From an uncultured Haloferula sp. (GTDB lineage: Bacteria > Verrucomicrobiota > Verrucomicrobiia > Verrucomicrobiales > Akkermansiaceae), in the NCBI GenBank assembly GCA_965652295.1, contig CBFGTS010000007.1, positions 64,001 through 128,000 on the forward strand: a stretch of 64,000 bases of DNA. The letters run 5' to 3'. The position numbers were made by a program, and so were the translations under genes. Shown here in pieces: positions 48,207 through 60,969 of the stretch. Position 1 is the first letter of the stretch. The number at the start of each line of letters is the position of its first letter. The notes beneath the pieces are model-generated. The model ran no database searches. It saw only the letters and a list, made by a program, of their open reading frames with translations, and was not told the DNA's origin.

Positions 48207-49667
48207 TCAGGTTTCCTTGGGGCGGTGATCGACGACTTTCTGCTCTTTGAGTTCCTTGCCTACGCCTTGCATGCGACGCATCTCGTCCCAGGTGTGGAAA
48301 CCGATGTCGTTGGGCGAGAACTCGGTGACTTTGTGAAAGCGTTCCTCGATCCGTTCGCGGAGTTCGTCCTTGCCGATGCCTTCGAGGGGGACGGCGTGGA
48401 CGAGGACGAGATCGCTTTCGAGCGGGTCGTCATTCCGCTTCCGGAGTTCGATCTGCCAAGCACCGAGGCCGTCGGTGTCGTCGAGGAGATTCTCAAGGGC
48501 GTTGAAATCGACGAGGGTACCCTTGAGCTTACCGATGTTGAGGCGGCGGATGTCGGAAACCCGGGAGATTTTTCCGATCAGCCGCGGGCAGGTGCGGCCG
48601 CAGTAGGGGCAGGGCTCACGGGTGATGCCGCCATCGATGAGGTCGCCGGTTCGGTAGCGGAGGACGACGGTGCCGCGGGCGTCCAAGGGCGTGTAAACGA
48701 TTTCGCCGGGCTGGCCATCAGGGACCCGCTCGCCGCTCTCGGGGTCGATGATTTCCACGAATCCCATGTCAGGATAGGTGTGGAAGCCGGAGGGCTCGGA
48801 GCCGGCCTCGGGCGGCATGCATTCGGTCCAGGCAATCTTGGCTTCGGTGAAGCCGTAGGTGGACATGATGCGGACATCGTTCGCACCAAGGTCGTTGCAG
48901 AGGGCGGTGATCTTCCGCCGCATGCCGCTGGGGACCTTCTCTCCGCCAAGGACGATGCGCTTGAGGTTGGTCCACTCGGATCCGTTCTCCTCGCCTTCCT
49001 GAAGAAGGTGATAGAGGAAGGTGGGCATGGCGATGATCGAGTCCGGGTTGATCTTGTCGATCAGGCGGATGTTTCCCTCCGTGCCCATGGTTTTCCCGCC
49101 GCCGGTGGAGAGCACGAAGGTGGTGAAGCCGAGGCCGGCATAGTGGGCCTGCCAGAAGGCGAGGTGGGGGGCGAAGGGAAAGGCGTTGATGTGCCGCCAG
49201 GAGTTCTCTGCTCCGCAGAGCTGCATGAGACGCTTGCCGCCTTCTTCGAGCCGGGCGAGGTCGTGCTTGGTGTAAAGAAACGGGACCGGCGCGGCGGAGC
49301 GGCCGGTGGTGCTGGTGAGGAGGATCGGGCGGAGTTCCTCGGCGAGCACCTGCTTCACGCCGCGGGGACCGTGGCGGAAGACTCTCCGCAAGGTGGACCA
49401 TTGCTTTTTGAGCACATCCTCATCGGGAATGATGACGAAGTCGCGCGGGTTTTCGATGTGGCTTTTTCTCGTGAACGGAATCCGCGTGAGGTCCTCGACG
49501 GTGCGGATCTCGCGCGGGTCGATGCCTTTTTCCTCGAACTGCTTCCGATAGTAGGCGGCGAAGGGCACGACGCGGTCGCGCAAATACGGGGTGAGCAGTT
49601 GGTTCTGGCGGTGGGCGATCTCGTCAGGCGACGCGGTCTCCCACCAGGTCTTCCCGCTGGGTTTCAT
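48207..49667 (-). CDS. Phenylacetate-CoA ligase (PaaK)-like adenylating enzyme
   Basis: DLTRIPFTRK, STYGFTE, VLRYRTGD; divergent P-loop TSTTGRS. Confidence 0.8.
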   Translation of the reverse strand: MKPSGKTWWETASPDEIAHRQNQLLTPYLRDRVVPFAAYYRKQFEEKGIDPREIRTVEDLTRIPFTRKSHIENPRDFVIIPDEDVLKKQWSTLRRVFRHGPRGVKQVLAEELRPILLTSTTGRSAAPVPFLYTKHDLARLEEGGKRLMQLCGAENSWRHINAFPFAPHLAFWQAHYAGLGFTTFVLSTGGGKTMGTEGNIRLIDKINPDSIIAMPTFLYHLLQEGEENGSEWTNLKRIVLGGEKVPSGMRRKITALCNDLGANDVRIMSTYGFTEAKIAWTECMPPEAGSEPSGFHTYPDMGFVEIIDPESGERVPDGQPGEIVYTPLDARGTVVLRYRTGDLIDGGITREPCPYCGRTCPRLIGKISRVSDIRRLNIGKLKGTLVDFNALENLLDDTDGLGAWQIELRKRNDDPLESDLVLVHAVPLEGIGKDELRERIEERFHKVTEFSPNDIGFHTWDEMRRMQGVGKELKEQKVVDHRPKET

Positions 49668-50631
49668 GGGTTTGGTGGGTGGGGTTGAGCAGCGCGCGGA
49701 TGTCGTCGATATGACGGGTGGCCACCTCGCGGCCGGCTTCGATGAATTGCCGGAAATTCGAGTAGTCGTGCCACATGGCGGAAGAATGCCCGGGGCGGAG
49801 GCAAAGGTCGGCCCGGTTGATGGAATCGTGGGCGAGGCGGATCTGGGCGGCGCGGATGCTCTGGCGGAAGGTGTCGATGACGTTGCCGGGGGCGAGCAGG
49901 TTGAGGTTGCGGTTGAGGGCGCTGGTGGCGCGGTGCCAGAGCGGTGGGTCTGAGGGTTCTTCGCCGACGTTGGCGAGGCCGGCGTCGATTTCGGCAAAGG
50001 TGGGGATGACGGAGACGGCGAGAATGCGGTCGATGCCGCCGAATTTTTCCAGCGCTCCGACGGGGACGGGTTCGACGACGCCGCCATCGACGCAACGGTG
50101 GGAACCGAGGCGGACCGGGGCGATGATGCCGGGCATGGCGCAGGAGGCGTGGACGGCATCGACGAGCGATCCACTGCGAAGCACGAGCCGCTCTTTGGTG
50201 TCGATGTCCACCGTGACGATCAGCAGGCGGCGCTCGAGGTCCTCGAACGTCAGGTCTCCGAGGGATCGCGCGAGATGGGCTTTGGCTTTGAGGCCATGGA
50301 AAAGGCCCTTCATGGGCGGCACGATGGGGTCGGCGAGTTTCCAAAGCTGGCGGCGATCGTGCATTTCCGCGGCGAGCTCCTCAAGGTCGGTGCCGGAGAA
50401 GCCAGCTGCCCACAGCGCACCGACGTAAGCACCCATGCTGGAGCCGGCGATGGCGTGGATCTCGATGCCGTTTTCCTCGAGAACCTGGAGAACACCGACA
50501 TGGGCGAGCCCGCGGGCTCCGCCGGACGAGAGAGCGAGGCCGAGTTTCGGAGCCTCGGAGCCGCGCAGCGGCCGGTCCACGCGGGAGCGGGAGGGATCGC
50601 GACGGAAGAAGCTGAGGATGCGGCTGAACAT
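49624..50631 (-). CDS. Patatin-like phospholipase
   Basis: SSGGARG, GSSMG, DGG motifs. Confidence 0.92.
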   Translation of the reverse strand: MFSRILSFFRRDPSRSRVDRPLRGSEAPKLGLALSSGGARGLAHVGVLQVLEENGIEIHAIAGSSMGAYVGALWAAGFSGTDLEELAAEMHDRRQLWKLADPIVPPMKGLFHGLKAKAHLARSLGDLTFEDLERRLLIVTVDIDTKERLVLRSGSLVDAVHASCAMPGIIAPVRLGSHRCVDGGVVEPVPVGALEKFGGIDRILAVSVIPTFAEIDAGLANVGEEPSDPPLWHRATSALNRNLNLLAPGNVIDTFRQSIRAAQIRLAHDSINRADLCLRPGHSSAMWHDYSNFRQFIEAGREVATRHIDDIRALLNPTHQTHETQREDLVGDRVA

Positions 50632-50820
50632 GGGTAGGAAAGAACTCAACCTAACAGTAGGGCCGTTCCTGCGCGGGCGCAAATGAAGAGAAGCGATTCG
50701 CGGGGTGGGTACGCGAAAAACACGCTCCCGGGGCGGGAAGCGTGTTGAGCAAGAGGCAGAGGAGAGGCGCGCTGCCTCAATCACGGCTCGCCCCGATAAG
50801 TCGGGGCGGCCCCTCTTTGA

Positions 50821-52092
<1,272 letters not shown>

Positions 52093-52179
52093 GTCGGAAA
52101 TAGAGATGGGTCGGGGCTGAAAAGCAAGTGGGGTGCCACGGACCTGCCGCGGCACCCCGATAGACTAGCGTTAAAAAGA

Positions 52180-52872
52180 TCAGGCGTCGTCCTTTTTTCC
52201 GTCATCCGGACCATCAAGGGCGGATTGCACGGCGTCGGGGAGTTGCTTGCGGCTTTCGAGGACCTTGTCCACGAGGCCGTATGCCACGGCTTCTTCGCTG
52301 GTCATGTAATTGTCGCGGTCGCTGTCGTTTTCGACCTGCTCGACGGTCTTGCCGGTGTGTTTGGCGAGGATGCCGTTGAGGCGCTTCTTGAGGTTGAACA
52401 TGAACCCGATGGTCCGTTCGACGTCGGAAGCGGTGCCCTGGGCTCCGCCGGAGACCTGGTGGATCATCACGTGGGAGTTCGGCAGGCAGAAGCGCTTGCC
52501 CTTGGTGCCCGCGGTGAGCAGGACCGAGCCCATGGAGGCGGCGATGCCGATGCAGTAGGTGTTCACATCGCAGGTGACGAACTGCATCGTGTCGTACATC
52601 GCGAGCCCGGCGGTGACGGAGCCGCCGGGGGAGTTAATGTAGATGTGGATGTCCTTCTTCGGGTCCTGCATCTGCAGGAAAAGGAGCTGGGCGATCACCG
52701 AGTTGGCGACGAAATCATCGATCGGCGTGCCGATGAAGATGATGCGGTCCTTGAGGAGCCGCGAGTAGATGTCGAACGAGCGCTCGCCGCGGGCGTCCTG
52801 CTCGATGACGACGGGCACGTAATAATTGGCGCGCGGCCCGCCGGCCTGCGGAATGGAGGTGGGATGGTTCAT
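52180..52872 (-). CDS. clpP: Clp protease proteolytic subunit
   Basis: [28 protein letters not shown]. Confidence 0.97.
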   Translation of the reverse strand: MNHPTSIPQAGGPRANYYVPVVIEQDARGERSFDIYSRLLKDRIIFIGTPIDDFVANSVIAQLLFLQMQDPKKDIHIYINSPGGSVTAGLAMYDTMQFVTCDVNTYCIGIAASMGSVLLTAGTKGKRFCLPNSHVMIHQVSGGAQGTASDVERTIGFMFNLKKRLNGILAKHTGKTVEQVENDSDRDNYMTSEEAVAYGLVDKVLESRKQLPDAVQSALDGPDDGKKDDA

Positions 52873-54206
52873 GCTTCGGAGGTCTCCGGAGTTTCAGCCG
52901 GGATTTCCTCGACGGTTGCGTGTTCGAGCACGAAGTCAATGGCCTTGCCCACCAGCATCGAGTTGCGGATGCCGGGGATGCGGCCCTCGCGTTGGAGCTG
53001 CTTGATGAACTTCTTGGGGTTTTCCTTCCGGCTGCTCGCGATCTGGGCGAGGTGGGAAATGAGTTCCTGATCGCCGACGGTGAGGTTCTCGGCACGGGCG
53101 ATTTCCTGAAGGATGAAGTTCGTCTTGAGGTTCGTGCGCGCCTGCATGCCGGCGGTGGCGAAGATCTCCTCGCGCTGGGCGGAGAGTTCCTCTTCGGACA
53201 TGCCGGACTGGGCACCGCGCTGGACCAAGCTGTCGGCCTGGCTCTGGGTTTCCTGACGGAGGAGGTTGTCGGGCAGCTCGAAATCGACGGCGCTGTTGAA
53301 GTGCTCGACGATCTGGTTGACCTTCATGTCGTCGATCTGCCGCTGCTTTTCGTAGCCCATGCGCTGGCGGAGCATCTCCTTGAGCTGATCGAGACCTTGA
53401 CCGCCGGTGATTTTGGTGGCGAAGGCGTCGTCGAGTTCGGGCAGGGTGGCTTCCTTGATTTCCTGCACGGTGACTTCGAAGGTGAGTTCCTTGCCGTGAA
53501 GTTCGGAAACCGGGAAATCGTCGGGCACGGTGACTTTCGCGGTGCGTTGGTCGCCCTTGTTCGCTCCTTCGAGTTGGGCGGCGAAGCCGGGGAGGAACGA
53601 CTCCTCGTCGAGTTTCATCCAGAATCCCTCACGGCCGGCGATGTAGCCGACCGGGCGGCCGATGACTTCCTCGATGGGTTGGCCGTCGACGGTGCCCGTG
53701 TAGTCGATCACCGCGATGTCGCCGTTCTGCGCCGGGCGGTCCGCGACATCGTTGTATTCGGCGGAACGCTCGCGGAGCACCTGAAGCTGTTGGTCGAGCT
53801 CTTCCTCGGTGATCTCCGCCGAGGGGGCATTGATCGTAAGGCCCTTGTATTCCGGCAGCGCAATGTCGGGAGCGAGGGTGAGGACGGCCTCGAACGCGAT
53901 GGCTCCATCGCCCGAGGTCGAGAAACCGGACGGGCGGCCGAAATCGAGCACCTTGATGTCCTGTGTTTTCAGGGCTTCATCGAATGCCTTGCGGGTGAGG
54001 CGGTCTTCGAGTTCTTCGGAAATCTGCTCCGCGAAACGCTTTTCGACGACCTTTTTCGGAGCCTTGCCGGGGCGGAATCCCTGGATGCGGGCCTGGGTGG
54101 CGTAGCTGGAGACGATGTTGTTCCGCTCCGTCTGGACGGTTTCCGAGGGAATCTCGACGCGGAGGGTGGCGGTGCAGTTCTGCTGCTTTTCGACGCTGAT
54201 GTTCAT
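52869..54206 (-). CDS. tig: Trigger factor
   Basis: GFRPGKAP signature, FKBP domain, synteny with clpP-clpX. Confidence 0.96.
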   Translation of the reverse strand: MNISVEKQQNCTATLRVEIPSETVQTERNNIVSSYATQARIQGFRPGKAPKKVVEKRFAEQISEELEDRLTRKAFDEALKTQDIKVLDFGRPSGFSTSGDGAIAFEAVLTLAPDIALPEYKGLTINAPSAEITEEELDQQLQVLRERSAEYNDVADRPAQNGDIAVIDYTGTVDGQPIEEVIGRPVGYIAGREGFWMKLDEESFLPGFAAQLEGANKGDQRTAKVTVPDDFPVSELHGKELTFEVTVQEIKEATLPELDDAFATKITGGQGLDQLKEMLRQRMGYEKQRQIDDMKVNQIVEHFNSAVDFELPDNLLRQETQSQADSLVQRGAQSGMSEEELSAQREEIFATAGMQARTNLKTNFILQEIARAENLTVGDQELISHLAQIASSRKENPKKFIKQLQREGRIPGIRNSMLVGKAIDFVLEHATVEEIPAETPETSEA

Positions 54207-54379
54207 GATCCGGGAGCGGCTTGGGCGGCGGGTTTCGGCCGCGGGGCGCGAGGCTTAGGAGACGCGGGGCGGGATGTCAAAGCGAAGTAACCGAGCCTAA
54301 CCCCTTCCTGGACATGAGGGGACATGGTCCTTGACGCCGATAGGGTCGGCCGGGTTTCATCCGGCCATCGCTGAACCAC

Positions 54380-56743
54380 ATGGATTTTTCATCCTTTTAT
54401 CAAATCAGGGGCATGGTCCGAGTGGCCGGTCGGGTGCTGGGCTTGCTGGCCGCGGTGTGGGTGACATCCTTGGGTGTCGCTTCCGCTCAGGATTTCGAAG
54501 GCCAGAAGGTCACCGGAGTCGATTTCCGCTATGAGGGGCCCCGCACGGTCGATGAAGAGCGACTGCGGAACTTCATCCAGCTCGCGCCGGGAACGACCTA
54601 CCGCACCGACACGATCGATAATGACATCAAGGCGCTCTACGAGTCAGGCTTCGTCAACGACGTGCGGGTGCTGGCCGAGCCGGTGGACGACGGGGTGCGC
54701 GTGGTCTACGCGGTGACGCCTCGTGAGGGCGTGGTGGCGATCGGTTTCGTGGGCAACTCGGTGTTCAGCGACACCAAGCTGGCGAAGGCCTCGAAGATGT
54801 CGGCGGGTGGAGCGCTGAGCGATCAGGCGATTCTCGATGCCCGCACGAACCTTGAGCAGCACTACATGGACGCGGGGTATCCCGACGTTGAGATTTCCCA
54901 CCGCATCCAGCCTTCGCCTTCGGGCAACGGCGCGGAGCTGATCTTCGTCATCGACGAAGGTGTGAAGAACGAAATCCGCGACATTCGCTTCGAGGGCAAC
55001 ACGGTTTTCGATGACCGCACGCTCCGTCGTCAGATGGATGTGAAGGAGAAGGGCCTGTTTTCGTTTTTCACCAAGTCCGGCCGGTTCGAAGTCGGCCAGC
55101 TCGATGAGGACGTGGAGAAGGTGCTCGATTACTACCGCTCGAAGGGCTACCTGCGCGCCAGCAGCCCGGGGATCCGCCGCGAGCCGGTGGGCGATGGCCG
55201 CGTGGACCTGGTGATTCCGGTCAACGAGGGTGAGAAATACACCGTCAAGGGAGTCGGCTTTGGCAAGATGAGCGTCTTCAGCGAGGAGGAACTCTATCCC
55301 GCGCTCACGCTCAACGGTGGCGATGCTTACAACTCGAAGAAGATGCGGGCGGACATGACGACCATCCGCAGCTACTACGGTTCCCGCGGCTACGCCGATG
55401 CGACTGTCACTCCCGACATTCGTGACGCCGGTCCGAATCAGGTGAACGTGATCTACCGCATCACCGAAGGCCGCCGGTTCCGCGTCGGAAACGTGAACAT
55501 CCAGGGCAACACCAAGACTCAGGACCGCGTGATCCGGCGCGAAGTTCCGCTGAAGCCAGACGACTATTTCAATTCCGTCGAGCTCGACACCACCAAGTCG
55601 CGCCTCGAAGGCCTGCAATACTTCGGCACCGTCCAGGTGGACAGCTCGCCCAGCGCGCGTGGCAGTGGCTATCGTGACGTGGACATCCTCGTCGACGAAA
55701 AGAAGACCGGTTCCGTGAGTGCCGGTATCGGCTTCAGCTCGATCGACAACGTCGTCGGTTTCGTGAACCTGGAGCAGTCGAACTTCGACATCCGCAACCC
55801 GTGGCGTTTCACCGGGGGTGGACAACGCTTCGCGATGAACCTGCGGTTGGGCTCCGAACGGACCGACTTCTCGATCTCCCTGGTCGAGCCGTGGTTCCTG
55901 GGTCGGCCGCTGGCCGTGGGTGGCGAGCTGTTCTATCGTGACTCCCAGTATTTCTCCGATGCCTACGAGCAAACCAACGTCGGAGCGGCGATCAACGTCC
56001 GCAAGCCGTTGACGGAGCACACCTATTTCACCGCGGAATACCGGATCGAGAACGTGGAGATCGATCTGGAGCAGCAAACCCGCGTGCTCTCCGCCAACTC
56101 CGTTGCAGGTGGCGGTCCCGCCTCCCTTTTGATCCCCGAAGCGGGCGACTACATCCGCAGCGCAATCAGCGGTCACTGGATCTACGACACGCGTGATGCC
56201 CTGATCGAAACCCGCAGCGGCACCAAGATCGACGTGGGTCTGGACGTTGCCGGCACGTTCCTCGGGGGCGACGTCGACATCATCGGAGGCTCCCTCCGCG
56301 CTCAGAAATATTGGAATCTCAAGTGGGACTCGATTCTCTCCGTCAACGGCGAGTTGGCGGCGGTGGAAGCCACCAGTGGCAACGTGCCGATCTTCGACCG
56401 GATGTTCCTCGGCGGTGCCCGCACGCTTCGCGGCTACGACTTCCGGGATGTGGGGCCGCGCGATCCCGTGACCGGCGAGGTGATCGGTGGCACTTCTTTG
56501 GGCTACGGCCAGGTGGAGTACACGGTGCCGATCATCGACAACGTCCGGATCGCCGCCTTCTACGACCTCGGCTTCGTGGATTCCGCATCCGAGATCTACC
56601 ACGACATCGGCGTGGGCGTGCGTCTGCGTCTGCCGGTGAGCCCGGTGCCGATCGCCCTCGACTACGCGATCCCCATCGAAAGTCCGGATCCCCGCGCCGA
56701 CCAAGGCGGCCGCTTCAACTTCTCGCTGAGCTACGAATACTGA
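54380..56743 (+). CDS. bamA: Outer membrane protein assembly factor BamA
   Basis: POTRA repeats, LRGY motif, C-terminal aromatic residue; start may be 54413. Confidence 0.93.
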   Translation: MDFSSFYQIRGMVRVAGRVLGLLAAVWVTSLGVASAQDFEGQKVTGVDFRYEGPRTVDEERLRNFIQLAPGTTYRTDTIDNDIKALYESGFVNDVRVLAEPVDDGVRVVYAVTPREGVVAIGFVGNSVFSDTKLAKASKMSAGGALSDQAILDARTNLEQHYMDAGYPDVEISHRIQPSPSGNGAELIFVIDEGVKNEIRDIRFEGNTVFDDRTLRRQMDVKEKGLFSFFTKSGRFEVGQLDEDVEKVLDYYRSKGYLRASSPGIRREPVGDGRVDLVIPVNEGEKYTVKGVGFGKMSVFSEEELYPALTLNGGDAYNSKKMRADMTTIRSYYGSRGYADATVTPDIRDAGPNQVNVIYRITEGRRFRVGNVNIQGNTKTQDRVIRREVPLKPDDYFNSVELDTTKSRLEGLQYFGTVQVDSSPSARGSGYRDVDILVDEKKTGSVSAGIGFSSIDNVVGFVNLEQSNFDIRNPWRFTGGGQRFAMNLRLGSERTDFSISLVEPWFLGRPLAVGGELFYRDSQYFSDAYEQTNVGAAINVRKPLTEHTYFTAEYRIENVEIDLEQQTRVLSANSVAGGGPASLLIPEAGDYIRSAISGHWIYDTRDALIETRSGTKIDVGLDVAGTFLGGDVDIIGGSLRAQKYWNLKWDSILSVNGELAAVEATSGNVPIFDRMFLGGARTLRGYDFRDVGPRDPVTGEVIGGTSLGYGQVEYTVPIIDNVRIAAFYDLGFVDSASEIYHDIGVGVRLRLPVSPVPIALDYAIPIESPDPRADQGGRFNFSLSYEY

Positions 56744-56788
56744 AGCTCTCCGCTCCGATCTTCCAAGGCGTGGCCCCTCCCGTGGGGG

Positions 56789-57604
56789 TCACGCCTTCTG
56801 CTTGGCGCGGAGAACGGTGCCGGGTGAGGAGGCGATTTCGAACTGGTCCCGGTCGAAGGCACTCTTGCGAAGATAGCCAAGGGCGTGTGTTCCCGAGGGA
56901 GCGACGCTGGTGACTTCCCCGCAGGTCTCGCCATCCGCTGCGAGGGCGTCACCGGCAGCGACCTGACCCTCGACGGCGAAGAGCGTGAGACGGCGGTTGA
57001 GCTTTCCGGCGCTCTTGATTCGGGAAAGGGTTTCTTGGCCGATGTAGCAGCCTTTGTTGAACGAAACGGCGGTGGTATCGAGCCCGGCTTCCGGAGGCAG
57101 CATGCCGGGAACGAGTTCCGCACCCCATTGCGGCACGCCAGCCAGTACGCGCATCTCTTCGATTTCGTCGTCGGACAGGAGGATGTCGGCGGAGGAAGGG
57201 CTCTCGCGTGTCCAGACGTCGAACCAGTCGCTCCCAGGCCATGATGCGTGGCGCACGATGGCAGCTCCAGAAGCCGGTGAGGTGGTGCGTTGACGGTGCC
57301 AGCTGCCGGTGAGATCGACGAGCGCGACATCGTCGGCGATTAGGTAGCGGTCCAGCCTTTCGAGCACCGCTGCCGATTCGTCAGGTCGACAGGTGACCCA
57401 GATGGAGCCTTCGGCGGGGCCGGCGAGCACCTCCACGAGGTGCTGGAGCTTCCCCTTGGCATCCGTGATGCAGGAAAGCCGCGTCAGCTGCCCGAGCGAC
57501 CGAACGTCCTGGGTGAGCTGCCCGTTGAGAAAGCGCACGGCATCGGAGCCGGTGGCTTCGATGAGACCTGGTGATTCGGGCGGAAAGTTCCGGGTGGGAA
57601 TCAT
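56789..57604 (-). CDS. ygfZ: Folate-binding YgfZ/GcvT-family protein
   Basis: FLNGQLTQD and KGCYIGQE signature. Confidence 0.92.
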   Translation of the reverse strand: MIPTRNFPPESPGLIEATGSDAVRFLNGQLTQDVRSLGQLTRLSCITDAKGKLQHLVEVLAGPAEGSIWVTCRPDESAAVLERLDRYLIADDVALVDLTGSWHRQRTTSPASGAAIVRHASWPGSDWFDVWTRESPSSADILLSDDEIEEMRVLAGVPQWGAELVPGMLPPEAGLDTTAVSFNKGCYIGQETLSRIKSAGKLNRRLTLFAVEGQVAAGDALAADGETCGEVTSVAPSGTHALGYLRKSAFDRDQFEIASSPGTVLRAKQKA

Positions 57605-58435
57605 TTATTCGGCCTCCTCGCGTTTCAGGGCGAGCTCGACGAGTTTGGTTGCCTGCGTGTGGATCTCCTTGATCTCCTCCTCGGTCGGTTGCTGGTCTTT
57701 CTCGATCACCATTTCCGTCCGCATCCCGGCGAGGAGGTCCCGCATTTCGATGTAGCTGGGCCTTTCGGCGATGCGGGGCTCAAGCGAACCGACGATCGAA
57801 GAGTAGTAGTCGGCGATATCCTCACGCATCACCTCGCGGGCCCGTTCCGGAGAGAATTGGCGGACGACGGCAGCCGAGGCGACGTCGAGGGCGCGGATCC
57901 AACCGCCGAGCGAAATCAGGTGGGCGAGGTCGGCGTCGCGGAGGGACACGAGCTCCATTTCGACGTCTTTCTGGGTGGCGGTGAGTTCCTTTTTGAGCTG
58001 GTCCACATGACCCTCCCGGGCGCTTTCCAAGAGGCTGGCGGCGTGGCGGTTCACCCGGTCTCCGGCACCCAGGGCCTTGCCGTAGCGGGTCAGGTGGCTG
58101 GCGAGATCCTCGACCTTGCCCAGCTCGCCCGCCTGCACGATGAGAAAGCCGTCGGCGATCAGGAATCCCAGCTCCACCGCCAGATCGGCCCGGTTGAGGG
58201 GGGTGCGCTCGGGAATCTCCCGCGTGTGTTCGTTGATGGGAAGCGGGGCCAGAGATTCCAGCGAATCGAAGATCCGGGAAATGGAAGGAGCGGTGAACTC
58301 ATTGATCGCGAGTTCCTCCCGGACATGAGGGTCTTCGAGCAGGTCGGGCGGGATGGCCGGCGCGATGAGGTCGTCTGGGTCCTGAGCCAACAAGGTCGGC
58401 ATGAGGGCGCTCACAAGAAGGAGATTCCGGATCAC
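57605..58435 (-). CDS. Exported helical hypothetical protein
   Basis: GTG start gives signal peptide MIRNLLLVSALMPTLLA; ISLGGWIRAL motif. Confidence 0.7.
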   Translation of the reverse strand: MIRNLLLVSALMPTLLAQDPDDLIAPAIPPDLLEDPHVREELAINEFTAPSISRIFDSLESLAPLPINEHTREIPERTPLNRADLAVELGFLIADGFLIVQAGELGKVEDLASHLTRYGKALGAGDRVNRHAASLLESAREGHVDQLKKELTATQKDVEMELVSLRDADLAHLISLGGWIRALDVASAAVVRQFSPERAREVMREDIADYYSSIVGSLEPRIAERPSYIEMRDLLAGMRTEMVIEKDQQPTEEEIKEIHTQATKLVELALKREEAE

Positions 58436-58708
58436 GGGAAAACCTTGGCAGGGGAGCGGGGAGTCCGCAACGGGAATGCAGGGCAGGATCGGAACTTGAC
58501 GGAACAAGTGATTCCTGCTGGCCTTCCGGCCTGCCGCGCCAGCGGTGAAGGGTGACGTGATGCACTGATCTCCAAGCTCTTCCGGCAGGCGTTCGGGCGG
58601 AACAACCGCGGAACGCGGGCTGCGGCGTCTTTCGCTTTCTTCCTTCATTCGACGCGCCTCTCCCAACCGAACGAGTTCTTCCCTTTTTTCAAACCCTTTC
58701 CCACCGCT

Positions 58709-60202
58709 ATGGATCTCTGGTCATCTCCCCTCTGGTATGCCTCCTACCTCGTCGTCCTTCTGGGCTTGGCAGGATACGGTGCCCACCGCCTCACGATCGT
58801 CTACCTCTACCTTAGGCACGCCCGCCGGCGGCCGGAGCCTGCCCGCCGCTTCGAGGATCTGCCGCTGGTGACCATCCAGCTGCCGGTTTTCAACGAGCTC
58901 CACGTGGTGGACCGGCTGCTCGATTCCGTGGCGGCTCTGGATTACCCGAAGGACAAGATGCAGATCCAGGTGCTGGACGATTCGACGGACGAAACCACCG
59001 AGATCTGCCGTGCCGGAGTGGCACGTCTGGTCGCGCGGGGCTTCGACGCCCAGCTCATTCATCGCGTCGACCGGACCGGCTTCAAAGCGGGAGCGCTTGA
59101 AAACGGCACTAAGGAAGCGAAAGGGGATCTGCTTTTCATCCTCGACGCGGACTTCGTTCCAAACCCCGACGTCCTCCAGCGGACGATCCATTATTTCAGC
59201 GACGAAAGGATCGGCATGATCCAGACGCGCTGGGGACACTTGAACCGCACGTTCAATGTCCTCACCCGCATCCAGGCGATGTTCCTCGACGGGCATCTGG
59301 AGCTGGAGCAGACCGCCCGCAACCGCAGCGGCCGGTTCTTCACCTTCAACGGCACCGCCGGGATCTGGCGGAAGTCGTGCATTGCCGATGCCGGCGGCTG
59401 GGAGCATGACACCCTCACGGAGGACATGGACCTCAGCTACCGGGCCCAGCTGAAGGGCTGGCGGTTCATTTTCCTCAATGACGTGGAAACCCCGGCGGAG
59501 CTGCCGGTGGACATGGACGGCTTCAAAAGCCAGCAACACCGCTGGACGAAGGGATCGATCCAGGTTTGCAAAAAAGTCCTGCCCGCGATTTGGAAGAGCG
59601 ATGTGCCCCTCTATGTGAAGCTCGAGGCCACCGCCCATCTCACCTCGAACTTCGCCTACCTGCTGCTGATCTGCCTTTGCTTCCTGATCTATCCGAACCA
59701 GCACGCGGCACCGGATTTCGGGCCCCTGACTTACTACATCGTCAATGTACCGATCTTCTTCTTCGCGTCGGTATCGGTGATCGTGTTCTACCTCACTTCG
59801 CAAAAGGCCCTGCGCCCGGGTTCCTGGTGGAAGGAAATCCCCTACCTGCCGTTGCTGCTCGCTCTGGGGATCGGGATGTCCGTCAACAATGCGAAAGCCG
59901 TGCTGGAAGCCATCTTCAACCACCAGTCCGGCTTCGTCCGGACGCCGAAGTACGGCATCGGGCTGTCTCGCAAGACCGACTGGAAAAAGAGCAGCTACAA
60001 GGCGATCAAGTCGCTTACTCCAATTGTCGAGCTGTTGTTCGGCTTCTTCTTCCTGTTCGTGGTGGTGGAGGCTGCCATCGATCAGCGCTGGTCATCCGCA
60101 ATTCTTCTGCTTCCCTTCCCAGTGGGATTTTTCTACACTTCCCTGTCATCGATCGCACGGATGCTCCCCGGCCCGAAGGACGAGCAGTCGCCGGTCGATT
60201 GA
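58709..60202 (+). CDS. GT2 glycosyltransferase (cellulose-synthase-like)
   Basis: DDSTD, KAGAL, DAD, TED, QQHRW motifs; multiple TMs. Confidence 0.93.
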   Translation: MDLWSSPLWYASYLVVLLGLAGYGAHRLTIVYLYLRHARRRPEPARRFEDLPLVTIQLPVFNELHVVDRLLDSVAALDYPKDKMQIQVLDDSTDETTEICRAGVARLVARGFDAQLIHRVDRTGFKAGALENGTKEAKGDLLFILDADFVPNPDVLQRTIHYFSDERIGMIQTRWGHLNRTFNVLTRIQAMFLDGHLELEQTARNRSGRFFTFNGTAGIWRKSCIADAGGWEHDTLTEDMDLSYRAQLKGWRFIFLNDVETPAELPVDMDGFKSQQHRWTKGSIQVCKKVLPAIWKSDVPLYVKLEATAHLTSNFAYLLLICLCFLIYPNQHAAPDFGPLTYYIVNVPIFFFASVSVIVFYLTSQKALRPGSWWKEIPYLPLLLALGIGMSVNNAKAVLEAIFNHQSGFVRTPKYGIGLSRKTDWKKSSYKAIKSLTPIVELLFGFFFLFVVVEAAIDQRWSSAILLLPFPVGFFYTSLSSIARMLPGPKDEQSPVD

Positions 60203-60225
60203 AGTACACCCACCCTTTGTAGAAT

Positions 60226-60855
60226 ATGACACACAAGCTGCGGATTTTTCTGCTTCAGGCGGGATTGATCCTTGGCTGTGCCTTGATTTCCAGTTGTGGC
60301 ACGAGTCGGGACACTCGCAACAAGATGCTGGTCAGCGTGCGCGATCAGCAGATGCTCCTCGTCCGGGATGGCAAGCCGGTCAAAGCGTATAAGATTTCGA
60401 CCTCCAAATTCGGACTTGGATCGCGCAGTGGCTCGAATTGCACTCCCTTGGGACAAATGGAGATCGCCCGCAAGATCGGTGGCGGCTCCCCCAGTGGGAT
60501 GGTCTTCAAGAGCCGTCGTCCGACCGGTGAAGTGATCCGGCCGAACGCACCCGGCCGGGACCCGATCGTCGGCCGGATCCTCTGGCTGCACGGCAGGGAA
60601 AGCCACAACCGCAACACCTTCGGCCGCTGCATCTACATCCATGGCACCCCGGAGGAGTGGCGTCTCGGCACGCCCGCCTCGTATGGCTGCATCCGCATGG
60701 CCCAGAGGGATGTCGTCGATCTCTACAACCGCGTCGGTGTCGGAGCGCAAGTGAAGGTGTTCCGGGGATCGCTGCTCACCACGCCGGAAGGCGTCGAGTA
60801 CGCCCAGAAGAGTGCTGACGGCCGGTTTCTGGGGTACACGGCTTCGCGGCGTTGA
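60226..60855 (+). CDS. L,D-transpeptidase (YkuD family) lipoprotein
   Basis: Lipobox ISSC; IYIHGT...ASYGCIRM. Confidence 0.92.
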   Translation: MTHKLRIFLLQAGLILGCALISSCGTSRDTRNKMLVSVRDQQMLLVRDGKPVKAYKISTSKFGLGSRSGSNCTPLGQMEIARKIGGGSPSGMVFKSRRPTGEVIRPNAPGRDPIVGRILWLHGRESHNRNTFGRCIYIHGTPEEWRLGTPASYGCIRMAQRDVVDLYNRVGVGAQVKVFRGSLLTTPEGVEYAQKSADGRFLGYTASRR

Positions 60856-60874
60856 TTTTTGCGGTCCGAGGAGC

Positions 60875-60902
60875 TTGACAAGCCCTCGCCAATCCCTATT
60901 TT
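60875..60902 (+). promoter_or_regulatory. Putative sigma70 promoter of rpsT
   Basis: TTGACA-N16-TATTTT upstream of rpsT. Confidence 0.5.
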
Positions 60903-60969
60903 CCCGCCCCCGAAGCACGGTCCGTCCGTCTGTTGCGGGGTCGATCGCTCCACTTTTTCTCAATCCACC

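Noticed and set aside
58501..58576. SRP RNA-like motif on the minus strand (CAGGCCGGAAGGCCAGCAG)
   Set aside because: Spacing does not fit the CAGG-N3-GGAA-N3-AGCA helix, and no long flanking stem is evident; an Infernal/Rfam scan would settle it.
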